A stretch of 64,000 bases of DNA from Syntrophaceae bacterium UBA6112 (GCA_002423465.1 DIWG01000018.1:12323-76322), one strand, 5' to 3'; positions 26,696-36,171 are shown, counted from the first letter of the stretch. Translations and numbers: made by a program. The notes: generated by a model not told the origin, from the letters alone.

Positions 26696-27008
26696 AAAGG
26701 CCCACTAAATTTCGGGTTATGGGTTTCACTGACGATTGATACATTACGTTAATTATAGCTTAATCAAACATAAAAAATTCTTGATGTCAATATCATCGAC
26801 AGACCAGAAGAAGATAATGTTTACCATGCGAAGGGGTGCGTGAGTGGGCTGATTGGGAAAACCAACCGTTCAGGAAGTTAGGCTCACCCCCGATCATCAG
26901 AGACATCACCCTCTAAAAAGTGCAGATTTCATTTTGTACCCTCCGTTGAGAATGGGGGATATCAAGAGAAATAATGTCGGAGAAAAAAATTTCTTCCAAG
27001 GCGTTCTT

Positions 27009-28445
27009 TTACCCGGAGACCTTCGCCGGTTCGAAATGGCGGCGGGCGGCGATGAAATCGGGCAGATGGCGCAACATGTGCCAGAGGCTGTGGCGGTGTT
27101 CCCAGAGGCGATCGCGGAATCTCCGACGCCAGGCGGGATCCGTATAGAACCGCTTCACATGTTCGTTGAAGAGTTGATCGAGCCGCTCCCGGGAGGCGAT
27201 TCCCTTGGGAACGAAGACGAAATTGAGACAGTTCATCAACCGCCAGTCCTCCGTAAAGCTCCCCTCCTCCCGGATCGTCTCCCAGATCGAGGCGCCGGGG
27301 AACGGCGTGAACTTCGTCATGTTCATGTCATCCAGCCCCAGTGAAAGGACGAAATCACTGGTCCGGCGGACGGATTCCTCCGTTTCGCCGGGAAGTCCCA
27401 TCATGAAGAGGCCCTTGGCCCGGAGCCCCGTCGCATGAATCATCTCCACCGTTTCCCGGACCTCCTCCAGCGTCACGCCGGCCTTGTGCCGCCGGAGCAG
27501 CTCCGGGTCGGCCGACTCGATGCCGAGCGAAACCATCAGGCAACCCGCCGCCTTGAGCATCGCAAGGAGTTCCCGGTCCGTCTGGCCGACACGGACGGCG
27601 CAGTTGAACTGCACTCCCAGCGGGTTCCGGGTCAGCATGCCGCAGAGCTCGGCGATCCGCGGCCGATTGGCGGTGAAGAGGTCGTCGTAGATGTTGAGGT
27701 GACGGACCTCGAAGCGGGTCCGGAGGTGTTTCATGTGGTCATAGATATAGGCCGGGGAGTTCCAGCGGTATCCGCGTTTGAAGACGGAGCGGTCGCAATA
27801 GGAACACTGGTAGGTGCAACCCCGGCTGGTGATCATCGTGGCGCCGGGAAATCGGATGTAGCTGAACAGGGGCAGATTGTACCCTCGGGGAAACCCGGCC
27901 AGTTTCCCGTAGGCGGGAAACGGCAGGTCATCGAGGTCCGGTAGCGGCGCCCGCGGGGCGTTTACAACCACCTCTCCTCCGGCCCTCCGGATCAACCCGT
28001 CGATCCGGGCCGGATCTTCCCCCGCCGCGAGTTCGGTCAAGGTCGCCTCCCCTTCCCCCGGACAGAGATAATCGATATGGGGAAAACGCTCCAGCAGCAT
28101 CTTTCCCAGAGCGGAAACGTGAACGCCGCCGAAAACGGTGACGACGCCGGGCCGCGCCTCCTTGAGGGCGGCCGCCATCTCCCAGGCGTCAAGGAAACCC
28201 GAGGTCGTCGCGGAGAACCCTACCAGTTCCGGGTTTTTCCCGAGGATGAGGCGAACGTTTTCCCGGATCCCGGCAACCGCCCGGGGGCCCAAACCGTCGT
28301 GGACGAAAACCTCGTGGCCGGCCCGTTCAAGACAGGCCGCGATGGAGAGCAGCCCCAGGGGGGCCATCCGGTTGGCCGTGGCGGTGATGTCCCTCCGGCC
28401 GGGAACCCAGTTGGATCCGGCCGGGTGGACGAGGACGATGCGCAT
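27009..28445 (-). CDS. B12-binding domain radical SAM protein
   Basis: N-terminal Rossmann-like cobalamin-binding region (MRIVLVHPAGS...PLGLLSIAACLERAGHEV) and the radical SAM motif SRGCTYQCSYC. Confidence 0.9.
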   Translation of the reverse strand: MRIVLVHPAGSNWVPGRRDITATANRMAPLGLLSIAACLERAGHEVFVHDGLGPRAVAGIRENVRLILGKNPELVGFSATTSGFLDAWEMAAALKEARPGVVTVFGGVHVSALGKMLLERFPHIDYLCPGEGEATLTELAAGEDPARIDGLIRRAGGEVVVNAPRAPLPDLDDLPFPAYGKLAGFPRGYNLPLFSYIRFPGATMITSRGCTYQCSYCDRSVFKRGYRWNSPAYIYDHMKHLRTRFEVRHLNIYDDLFTANRPRIAELCGMLTRNPLGVQFNCAVRVGQTDRELLAMLKAAGCLMVSLGIESADPELLRRHKAGVTLEEVRETVEMIHATGLRAKGLFMMGLPGETEESVRRTSDFVLSLGLDDMNMTKFTPFPGASIWETIREEGSFTEDWRLMNCLNFVFVPKGIASRERLDQLFNEHVKRFYTDPAWRRRFRDRLWEHRHSLWHMLRHLPDFIAARRHFEPAKVSG

Positions 28446-28448
28446 GGA

Positions 28449-29030
28449 TTATCCAGCCTTCCTTTGTTTCTCTGCAAGCAGGGTGACGATATTTCTCCGG
28501 TGGTTGAAGAAAATCAGCAGGACCGTGACCGCAGTGCCGGCAATGGACGCCGTCGGGGGGTCGCCCGCCCATACCGTCGCCCCCCCGAGGATCAGGACCA
28601 TGAGGAAGGAGGCAATAAAGGGGATCCGCACCATGCCGTAAACGGCGACCCAGGCGAGGCACGAAAGCACGACCCCCCAAGGAGCGATGAGAATCGTGAA
28701 CCCCAAAAATGAGGCGACCCCCTTTCCGCCCTGAAACCGGTGGAAACAGGGAAAACGGTTCCCCGTAACCAGCGCCGTTCCAACCCAGGGTACCAGCGAA
28801 ATAGGCAGAAAATACAGGGCCAGCGCCGCCAGTCCGACGGCGCGCCCGGCGTCCAGGAGAAGGACAACGGAGGCCCACCCCTTGCCCGCCTGGCGATAGA
28901 CGTTCGTCGTTCCCGCGTTCCCGCTGAACTGCGTCCGCGGGTCTTCCCGACCCAACAGATTCAGGAGAATAATCGCAAAATTGACCGAACCGGCCAGATA
29001 GCCAAGAAGGAGCAGCAGGATCAGGTTCAT
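28449..29030 (-). CDS. plsY: Glycerol-3-phosphate acyltransferase PlsY (acyl-phosphate dependent)
   Basis: LGYLAGSVNFAI, SGNAGTTNV and FQGGKGVA in a polytopic ~190-aa protein. The ATG at 29030 lies 1 nt after the upstream stop. Confidence 0.9.
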   Translation of the reverse strand: MNLILLLLLGYLAGSVNFAIILLNLLGREDPRTQFSGNAGTTNVYRQAGKGWASVVLLLDAGRAVGLAALALYFLPISLVPWVGTALVTGNRFPCFHRFQGGKGVASFLGFTILIAPWGVVLSCLAWVAVYGMVRIPFIASFLMVLILGGATVWAGDPPTASIAGTAVTVLLIFFNHRRNIVTLLAEKQRKAG

Positions 29031-29031
29031 C

Positions 29032-29910
29032 CTACACCCCCTCCCCCACCCAGGCGGGCGGGACGAACCGCCCCGCAAAGATATCCTTCATGGCGAGCCC
29101 ATGGATCACCTCGAACGGCCGCCGGTCCGGCCCGCAGAGGCAGACGTCGAAGCGCAGGACCGACCCCTCGTCCGGAAGCGGCCGGATGCGGCAGAAATAG
29201 ATCTCCCCAGCCCGGGTCGGGGAAAGGATCTCCCGCCGGTCAAAACCAATCGGAAAAACCACGCGGTTCCGGTACCGCTGCCCCCAGGCGCAGGCGGCGT
29301 GCATTGCCGCGTCCAACGGAAAGGGGGAACCCAGGGGGCCTTCGGCCTCGGGAAAATCCCCCCCGGAAACGGACGCCGAGATTCCGTCCGGGGTCAGGAG
29401 CACGCCGCCCCGCACATTGCGGTAGGCCGGTCCGAAGGGAACGAGTTCTTCGTAAAGACGGCTGTCGGAGACCATGAATGCCGGTCCTTCGGGCGCGCCC
29501 GCATCGACCGGGTCCGGAGGCGGGTCCGCCTCAACCCCCACCACCTCCCGGTCCGCCGGTGCAAACCAAACGGAGAGATGCTCCATGCGGCGGGTGAATT
29601 TCATCTGCCGGCCCGACCGAAGGGTCGTCAGTCGGGAAAGGCAGCGGCCGTCGGCATACCGTGCATGCTCATGCACCGCCGGAATCTCCGCGGCGCCCGA
29701 ATCAATCATCAGCGGATGACGAAACACTGCCCGCTCCTGCCGGCAGAGGTCGGTGTTTCCGGTTGCGTGGGCGGACCGCGCCACGATCTGCAGGGCCTCC
29801 ACGGCGGGCAGGACGATACGATCGCCGATGTGATGATCGCGCAGATAGGCCGGCACGAAGATCACCAGCGGAATTGCGATCGTTTCTAAGGGTTCGGAAA
29901 GGTTTTCCAT
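29032..29910 (-). CDS. Stand-alone polyketide-synthase-type dehydratase (double hot-dog, PS-DH-like)
   Basis: HxxxGxxxxP-type motif DHHIGDRIVLPAVEAL, LYEELVPFGPAYRNV (GYxYGPxF-like) and SPFPLDAAMHAA (DxxxH/Q motif). The start at 29910 (MENLSEPL) overlaps the upstream thioesterase gene by 25 nt. Confidence 0.65.
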   Translation of the reverse strand: MENLSEPLETIAIPLVIFVPAYLRDHHIGDRIVLPAVEALQIVARSAHATGNTDLCRQERAVFRHPLMIDSGAAEIPAVHEHARYADGRCLSRLTTLRSGRQMKFTRRMEHLSVWFAPADREVVGVEADPPPDPVDAGAPEGPAFMVSDSRLYEELVPFGPAYRNVRGGVLLTPDGISASVSGGDFPEAEGPLGSPFPLDAAMHAACAWGQRYRNRVVFPIGFDRREILSPTRAGEIYFCRIRPLPDEGSVLRFDVCLCGPDRRPFEVIHGLAMKDIFAGRFVPPAWVGEGV

Positions 29911-30368
29911 AACTGCACGGTCTTGGGATCGACGGCCACCGGAATGCCTCGGGCGTTCAGCGCGCAGTGAAGCGTGAATCCACGGCAGACGTCGGCCCCC
30001 GTCTCCGCATGGGTGATGATGTAGTCGAAACGGAGCCTCACCCGTTCGAGCTCGGCCGGACGGGTGTGGATCCACATTGGATCGTCATAGCGCAGGGGCT
30101 CCTGGAACCGGATGCCCATCTCGACAATCGGATAGACATAGCCGTCGGCCTCGATCTCGCGGTAGGGGTAGGCGGCATCTCGCATCAGGGATGCCCGGCC
30201 GAGTTCAAAATACCTTAGATAATTTGCATGATAGACGACGGAGGAGCGGTCCGTATCGGCATAAAGCGTCCGGTTTCCACAACGATGCCAGACCAGTCCC
30301 GTTTTTGCATCGCGGACATAAGGCCCCTTCTCGCCATAGGCTTCCGGCCGGAATGGTTTCGGTTTCAT
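29886..30368 (-). CDS. Hot-dog fold acyl-CoA/acyl-ACP thioesterase (4HBT/YbgC-like)
   Basis: YADTDRSSVVYHANYLRYFELGR is the catalytic Asp context of 4HBT-type thioesterases. The ATG at 30368 lies 1 nt after the upstream KS stop. Confidence 0.8.
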   Translation of the reverse strand: MKPKPFRPEAYGEKGPYVRDAKTGLVWHRCGNRTLYADTDRSSVVYHANYLRYFELGRASLMRDAAYPYREIEADGYVYPIVEMGIRFQEPLRYDDPMWIHTRPAELERVRLRFDYIITHAETGADVCRGFTLHCALNARGIPVAVDPKTVQLWKTFPNP

Positions 30369-30369
30369 C

Positions 30370-31635
30370 TCAAACACCCCGGAAAATGATGCAGCAGTTC
30401 GTCCCCCCAAAGCCGAAGGCGTTGGAAAGGGCCAGTTCATGAGGCTGCCGTCGGGCCTTATCGGGCACGCAGTCGATGTCGTCGAAACGGGGATCGGGCC
30501 GGTGGTTGATCGTCGGCAGGAGGATTCCCCGCCGCATCCCCTCGATGGTCAGTGCCCCCTCGATGGCTGCCGCCGCGCCGAGGGTATGGCCGATCTGGGA
30601 TTTGTTGGACGAAAGGGGGATCTTCTCCAGCGCCTTCCCGAAGGCAGCCCGTAGACAGTCGATCTCGGCCAGATCGCCCTTCTGCGTGGAGGTGCCGTGT
30701 GTGTTGATGTACCCGATGTCCGCGGGCTTGAACCCCGCGTCGGCGATCGCCTCCCGGATCGCCCGGATGATCGTTTCGCGGTTCGGGCTGGTGAAATGAT
30801 GGGCGTCGGAGGTCCAGCCGACGCCCATGATCTCGGCCCGCGCCGTCAGCCCGTGGCGGGCGATCATCTCCTCGGCTGCCAGCACGATGACGCCCGCCCC
30901 TTCGGAGAGGACGAAGCCGCGCCGGTCGTCGCTGAACGGGCGGGAGGCCTTTGCGGGATCCGTAAAGGCGCGATCCCCCGGAAGGACCTTGATGGTCGCG
31001 TTCATGTTGTTGAAGCCGTGAATGATCTCCGGCAGGATCGGGGTGTCCACCCCCCCGGCCAAGACGAAATCGCAATCCCCGTCCCGGATCATCCGGGACC
31101 CGATGCCAATCGCGTGGTTACCGGAGGCGCAGGCCCCCTGCGGGGAAAAGACCGGTCCGGTGAAACCCAGCAGCATCCCCGCCTTCCCCGAGGGGAGATT
31201 GGCGCACAGGTTCGGCAGCAGGTAGGGGCTAATCTTCAGCGGGCCCTTTTCCTGAAAATTCAGCATCGCCGTCCGGAAGGCGTCGACCCCGTTGATGGCC
31301 GAACCGATCAGACAGGCGGTCCGGGGGGCGGTTTCTTTGTTCATCGGCAGACCGGCATGGGCCAGCGCCTCGCGGCAGACCGCCATCGTGAGGATGACAA
31401 AGCCGGCGTTCCAGTTGTACGCCTCCTTCTCGTCGACAAAATCAAGCGCCCGGGAATTCCAGTCCGGGATCTCCCCGACCACATCACAGGCAGAGTCGAC
31501 CGCACAGCGGGTAACCTTCCGGAAGCCCGCCTCGCCACGGACGGCCCGTTCCCATGTTTCGGCAAAGGTCCGCCCCAGCGGGGTGGCCGCCCCGTAGCCG
31601 ATCACGAAAACCTTTCTGTTCTGTGGCGCCCTCAT
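30370..31635 (-). CDS. Beta-ketoacyl-ACP synthase (catalytic)
   Basis: SPQGACASGNHAIG, INTHGTSTQKGD and SQIGHTLGAAAAIE. Confidence 0.9.
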   Translation of the reverse strand: MRAPQNRKVFVIGYGAATPLGRTFAETWERAVRGEAGFRKVTRCAVDSACDVVGEIPDWNSRALDFVDEKEAYNWNAGFVILTMAVCREALAHAGLPMNKETAPRTACLIGSAINGVDAFRTAMLNFQEKGPLKISPYLLPNLCANLPSGKAGMLLGFTGPVFSPQGACASGNHAIGIGSRMIRDGDCDFVLAGGVDTPILPEIIHGFNNMNATIKVLPGDRAFTDPAKASRPFSDDRRGFVLSEGAGVIVLAAEEMIARHGLTARAEIMGVGWTSDAHHFTSPNRETIIRAIREAIADAGFKPADIGYINTHGTSTQKGDLAEIDCLRAAFGKALEKIPLSSNKSQIGHTLGAAAAIEGALTIEGMRRGILLPTINHRPDPRFDDIDCVPDKARRQPHELALSNAFGFGGTNCCIIFRGV

Positions 31636-31691
31636 CGTTGCATCATCCCATCGCGCGGCTTGCCGCCGCTTCTCCGCATATCCGTTGACGC

Positions 31692-31715
31692 GGGAAAAGT
31701 GGGGTCACTTTTCCC
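31692..31715 (-). other. Perfect 10-bp stem-loop in the 115-nt spacer between two KS genes
   Basis: gggaaaagtg-gggt-cacttttccc, with no adjacent U-tract. It is intra-operonic. Confidence 0.5.
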
Positions 31716-31750
31716 TTTCTGTTTCGTGGCGCCTTCATGCGGGATTCATA

Positions 31751-33001
31751 TCAGGCCACGCGCCGAAACACAAGGCACGCATTGCACCCCCCGAAACCGA
31801 AGGCGTTCTTCAGGACAAACTCCTGATCCAGGGTTCGGGCGCCTTCCGCCACGCAATCCAGCGGAATCTCCGGGTCCGGCCGGAGGTTGATCGTCGGCAG
31901 CAGCACCCCCCGGCGCATCCCCTCCATCGCCAGGATGGACTCGACGGCGCTCGAGGCCCCCATCGCATGGCCGATTTGCGACTTGCCGGCCGAAACGGGG
32001 GGAACGGAGGCGCCGAAGACCTCCCTGAGAACGTCCGCCTCAACACGATCCCCGATTTTGGTCGAGGCGGCGTGGGCGTTGACCGCATCGATGTCGGCGG
32101 GACCGATGCCGGCATGGCGGATGGTTTCCTCCATACACCTGCGAACCGTCACGGGGTTGGGGGCCACGACGTGATGCGCGTCTGCGGTCATCCCCCAGCC
32201 GGCCAGCTCGGTCTCATGGGCCAGACCGTGCGCCGCGGCAAACTCACGCGAAGCGATGACGATGCAGCCGGCCCCCTCGGAAACGACGAAGCCGCGCCGG
32301 GACAGGGAAAAGGGACAGCTCGCGGCCTGCGGCGGAAGGGATTCCTCCCCCTCTTTGGGACGGTACGCCCCGTTCATCGTCGCAAATCCGGCCACGATCG
32401 GCTCCACGAGGGGAAAGTCCACGGCCCCGCAGACGGCCACGTCGGCCATTCCCTGGGCGATGAACATCGCCCCGAGGATCAGCGAACTGCTCCCGGTGGC
32501 GCAGGCGGTGACGCCGGAGGAGATCGGTCCGGTCGCCCCGGTCGCGATGGCAACCTTGCCGCCCACCATGTTGATGCAGGAATTGGGATTCATGAACGGC
32601 TGGGGAAGTTTTCCCGTCGCCACCAGCGTCCGATCCGCGTCAATCAGCGCGTCCAGCCCGCCGATGGCGGAGCTGAACGTCACGGCCACGCGGGGGGCCA
32701 GCTCCGGCGTGATCTCGATCCCGGCCCGCGCAAGGGCGCGCATGACCACGAGCAGGGCGTGCTTGAAAACGGGAGAGGTCCAGTGGGCCATCTCGCGGGG
32801 CCGGAGAAAAGGATAAGGGCCGGGATCAATATTGGGAACCTGACCGGCGATCCGGACCGGAAATCCCTTGCGAAGGGGGAAGCGGGTCAACGCGGATACG
32901 CCGCTCTCTCCCGCCGCTGCCCGGCGCCACTGTCCTTCCAACTCCGTCCCCAGCGGCGAGACACAGTCATATCCGAGGATTACGGGCCGGGTCCTGTTCA
33001 T
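31751..33001 (-). CDS. Beta-ketoacyl-ACP synthase (catalytic)
   Basis: SGVTACATGSSSLI, VNAHAASTKIGD and SQIGHAMGASSAVE. Confidence 0.9.
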   Translation of the reverse strand: MNRTRPVILGYDCVSPLGTELEGQWRRAAAGESGVSALTRFPLRKGFPVRIAGQVPNIDPGPYPFLRPREMAHWTSPVFKHALLVVMRALARAGIEITPELAPRVAVTFSSAIGGLDALIDADRTLVATGKLPQPFMNPNSCINMVGGKVAIATGATGPISSGVTACATGSSSLILGAMFIAQGMADVAVCGAVDFPLVEPIVAGFATMNGAYRPKEGEESLPPQAASCPFSLSRRGFVVSEGAGCIVIASREFAAAHGLAHETELAGWGMTADAHHVVAPNPVTVRRCMEETIRHAGIGPADIDAVNAHAASTKIGDRVEADVLREVFGASVPPVSAGKSQIGHAMGASSAVESILAMEGMRRGVLLPTINLRPDPEIPLDCVAEGARTLDQEFVLKNAFGFGGCNACLVFRRVA

Positions 33002-33037
33002 ACTTGACGACCTCGTAAAAAGGCGAAGATATCCATG

Positions 33038-34063
33038 CTACCAGGGGATGAACCGGTAGAGCTTGGCGAACATCTCATAGACCTCGATCCAGTTCTGGAG
33101 ATCCTTCGCCGACCGCATGTGCGCCCTTTTGTTCACCATCACCCAACTCATGTGGGCGGCGCCGTCCTTGCAGGTCGTGCAGTCGCGGGTGGCCGACGTA
33201 CAGCAGCGGTGCATCGTCTTTAAGTCGGCCGCCCAGCGGATGAACCGGATGAGCCGTTTGGGGCGGGGGTGGCGATTATCCAGCGGTTCCGTCACGGAGG
33301 GGCATTCATTCCACGAAAAGGGTCTTCCCAGCATCCGGCCGGTCGTGATGATCTCGTGGTAATACCGGCAGGAGATGACGGTCCCGGGGTAGCGCTCCAG
33401 CATGGCGTCCATCTCGGCGCGGATGTCCGAAAGCTGGGGGGGCGTCCAGGAAAAACCGTCCACGCCCTCGTCGTTGGACAGGAGCTGCATATGGACCTTG
33501 AGCCCGGCATCGGCGATCCTCCGGATCACGCGTTCCGTCCGTCCGAGCTGACGGGAGGTGATGGTGTAAAGGTAATAGGCGTCCGGATCGCCGGTATAAT
33601 TCCGGCTGGAGACGGCGAAGGCGTCTTTCCCCCGCAGAAGCCTCTCATCCTCTTCATCACCCCACAGGGAGATGCCCACCATCATCCCGGGAAATCGATC
33701 GCGGGGAATTTTGATCAAGCCGTTGGTGGCGCAATAGGTGGGAAGACGTTTGTAGAAGGCTTCGACACGATCGAGATAGAGGGTCGGTTCACCTCCGATA
33801 AGGATGGCCAGGTTGACCCCGCGCGCCTGTTCCCGTTCCACGAAAGACTCCCACCGGACCACATCCTCCTCTTCCGGGGCGGCCTTGTGTTCATCGGAGG
33901 AAAAGAAAAAACACCCCTTGCAACGCAGGTTGCACCGGTTCGTGACATCGTAGATGGAACTTCGGATATTCAGGCGGGAAATCGCCTTGTAGCGCTCATA
34001 CCAGTTTTGATCCAACAGTGTGCTAACGGTCTTCATCGTTATCTCTTCCCGATTTCTTCGCAC
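33038..34063 (-). CDS. Radical SAM protein (paralog A of a tandem pair)
   Basis: NRCNLRCKGCFFF (CxxxCxxC) near the N-terminus and C-terminal Cys motif HRCCTSATRDCTTC. It aligns along its length with the next gene. Confidence 0.85.
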   Translation of the reverse strand: MRRNREEITMKTVSTLLDQNWYERYKAISRLNIRSSIYDVTNRCNLRCKGCFFFSSDEHKAAPEEEDVVRWESFVEREQARGVNLAILIGGEPTLYLDRVEAFYKRLPTYCATNGLIKIPRDRFPGMMVGISLWGDEEDERLLRGKDAFAVSSRNYTGDPDAYYLYTITSRQLGRTERVIRRIADAGLKVHMQLLSNDEGVDGFSWTPPQLSDIRAEMDAMLERYPGTVISCRYYHEIITTGRMLGRPFSWNECPSVTEPLDNRHPRPKRLIRFIRWAADLKTMHRCCTSATRDCTTCKDGAAHMSWVMVNKRAHMRSAKDLQNWIEVYEMFAKLYRFIPW

Positions 34064-35184
34064 CCCGGGGGGGAAACCATTTCCGCACAGAGATTCTTCC
34101 CCTTTTCGTATCCCATGACCCAGACGGCAAGATAGGTATCAACGTAGTCCAGCCAGGACCGGAAGGTCTCCGGATCAGTGACATGCCGGTAAAGCCGGGC
34201 GGTCACCACGGCGCTTCCCGCCGCATAATGCCGGCAGTCGCTGCAATCCGTATCGGGCACGCAGCAGGCCGCGTCCCGGTCCCAGGTGAGATCGGTCCGG
34301 AACTGGCGGAAGGAGCGGCCCAGTCCGATATCCGTGGAGGGATTCCTCCGGGGATAGGAACAGCGATACAGATCATGAAGACCCCGTTCATGCGTATGGG
34401 CAACGACACTGTAAGGAGAGAAGAGGACATGCCGGGGATGCCGGGACATCATCTCCCGCATCACTTCCCGGGTACGGGTCAGGGAGGCCCCGTCGTGTCG
34501 CAACGGCCCCGCGTAACCGACCGGCGAGGAAAAGACGTTGAAGGTGATCCGGCAGTCGGCCGCCGCCAGCACGTCCACAACGCCGGCCGCTTCATCGATG
34601 TTTTCGCGCGTGAAGGTATAGACGAACACGGCCCGAGGATCGTCACGGTAGTTTTTGATCTGGCGGACCAGCAGTTCCGGAGCCTTGCGCACACGGAGGC
34701 TGGTTGCGTCATTCCCCCAGACGGAAATATGGATCTTGTAACCGATTGCCGGATCGATGCGACGGACACCGTTGGTGGCGATACAGCCCAGGGGCATCTC
34801 GGCAAAACAAACTTCCAGAAGCCCGGGAACCAGGGAGGGTTCGGCACCCGCCAGGACGACATAGGTGATGCCGCGTTCCCCCTCTGCGCGCATCAGCGCC
34901 CGCCAAGCCTCGGGGTTTCCGTTTTCCCCGGCAAACTGTTTTTCCCCCTCGTAATAATAACAGCCGTCGCAGTGCAGGTTGCAGCGGTTGCTCATGTCAT
35001 AGGTGGATTCCCGGAGAAAAAAGTATTTTCGGACCTTTTCCCAGCGGGCCCGCACCTCCGGACCCGCCAGCAGTTCGGAAAATTTCCATCGCCGCCGGTC
35101 CTTTTCACATCTTGCGCCAAACGGCGCTGCACACCGTCCCGTTGCTGCCTTCTCCGTCACGGCCGGATTCACACCATCCCGCAT
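34039..35184 (-). CDS. Radical SAM protein (paralog B of a tandem pair)
   Basis: NRCNLHCDGCYYY and C-terminal AACCVPDTDCSDC. 25-nt overlap with paralog A. The N-terminal start is uncertain. Confidence 0.8.
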   Translation of the reverse strand: MRDGVNPAVTEKAATGRCAAPFGARCEKDRRRWKFSELLAGPEVRARWEKVRKYFFLRESTYDMSNRCNLHCDGCYYYEGEKQFAGENGNPEAWRALMRAEGERGITYVVLAGAEPSLVPGLLEVCFAEMPLGCIATNGVRRIDPAIGYKIHISVWGNDATSLRVRKAPELLVRQIKNYRDDPRAVFVYTFTRENIDEAAGVVDVLAAADCRITFNVFSSPVGYAGPLRHDGASLTRTREVMREMMSRHPRHVLFSPYSVVAHTHERGLHDLYRCSYPRRNPSTDIGLGRSFRQFRTDLTWDRDAACCVPDTDCSDCRHYAAGSAVVTARLYRHVTDPETFRSWLDYVDTYLAVWVMGYEKGKNLCAEMVSPPGCEEIGKR

Positions 35185-35227
35185 GCATATTCTCCGAAGT
35201 CCAAATCCATTCCCCTATCAAAAACAT

Positions 35228-35515
35228 TCACAAGGAATCGTTAGCCTTTTGTCCATGCAGGCGGGACTGTACATACTCGGCGATCAGCCGGACGGTTTTT
35301 AATTTCGGATAATCATCCTCGTCGATGAAGACGCCGTATTCGTCCTGCAAAACCAACGCCACGGTGGCCAAATCCATGCTGTCCACTCCAAGTTCGTCCA
35401 CCAGATCCATGTCGGGATTGAACGACTCCGGCGTGATCTCTTCCAGCTTCAGTTCCTCAATAATGATCTCGGCAATCCGGATGATCCGTTCACGGGTCTC
35501 TTTACTCTCCGGCAT
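35228..35515 (-). CDS. Acyl carrier protein
   Basis: ELGVDSMDLATVALVLQDEYG. GAGGGAGG RBS precedes the ATG at 35515. Confidence 0.85.
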   Translation of the reverse strand: MPESKETRERIIRIAEIIIEELKLEEITPESFNPDMDLVDELGVDSMDLATVALVLQDEYGVFIDEDDYPKLKTVRLIAEYVQSRLHGQKANDSL

Positions 35516-35618
35516 GATCCAACCTCCCTCGTGCAAAAGAAATATCCGCCCCGAACCTCGGAGCGGAGATTGCATACCGGTAGTTTCCTAAAAAGCCCCC
35601 CGGTTTGTCAAGGAGTTT

Positions 35619-35999
35619 TTATAATGATGATGAAACGATTGCCGCCGTCAAGACACCGCTGCAGGCCACTTCGCCGGCAAGACGGAGGGTGAAAGCGTAG
35701 GTCGGCCCTTCCCGGCCGGACATCCGGGTCGCCTCCAGGGTCACCTCATCGTCCGGCCTGACGGGCAGACGAAACCGGATCCTGCGGACCCCCGTGATCA
35801 CCAGGGTTCGGCCTTCGCCGCGTTCCCGTTCAATAACGGCTTCCTCCACGAGGGCAATCAGCGCCACCCCCGGCACGATCGGATTGCCCGGGAAATGACC
35901 GGAAAACCAGTCAGAATTTCGCGGAAATCGCGCCGCCGCCGCGACACGCTCCCCCCTCCCCGACAACTGCAGCCATTCATAACCGAACCGCGCGGTCAT
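35619..35999 (-). CDS. FabZ/FabA-like hot-dog dehydratase
   Basis: SGHFPGNPIVPGVALIALVEE matches the FabZ active-site His context HFPxxPxxPGV. Confidence 0.8.
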   Translation of the reverse strand: MTARFGYEWLQLSGRGERVAAAARFPRNSDWFSGHFPGNPIVPGVALIALVEEAVIERERGEGRTLVITGVRRIRFRLPVRPDDEVTLEATRMSGREGPTYAFTLRLAGEVACSGVLTAAIVSSSL

Positions 36000-36171
36000 G
36001 TCTTTCTCCGTTCATCGAACTTACGATTGCAAATCCCCATCACTGCCGATCTGCGAAAACCAACGGTGATGCCGGGATGCGTTTTCACTACCGTCCGCGA
36101 AACACCGTGTCAAGAAAAATCACGGCGATGCACCTGTCGCAAGCGGTTCATTCCGGTCGGCGAGCCGCAGT

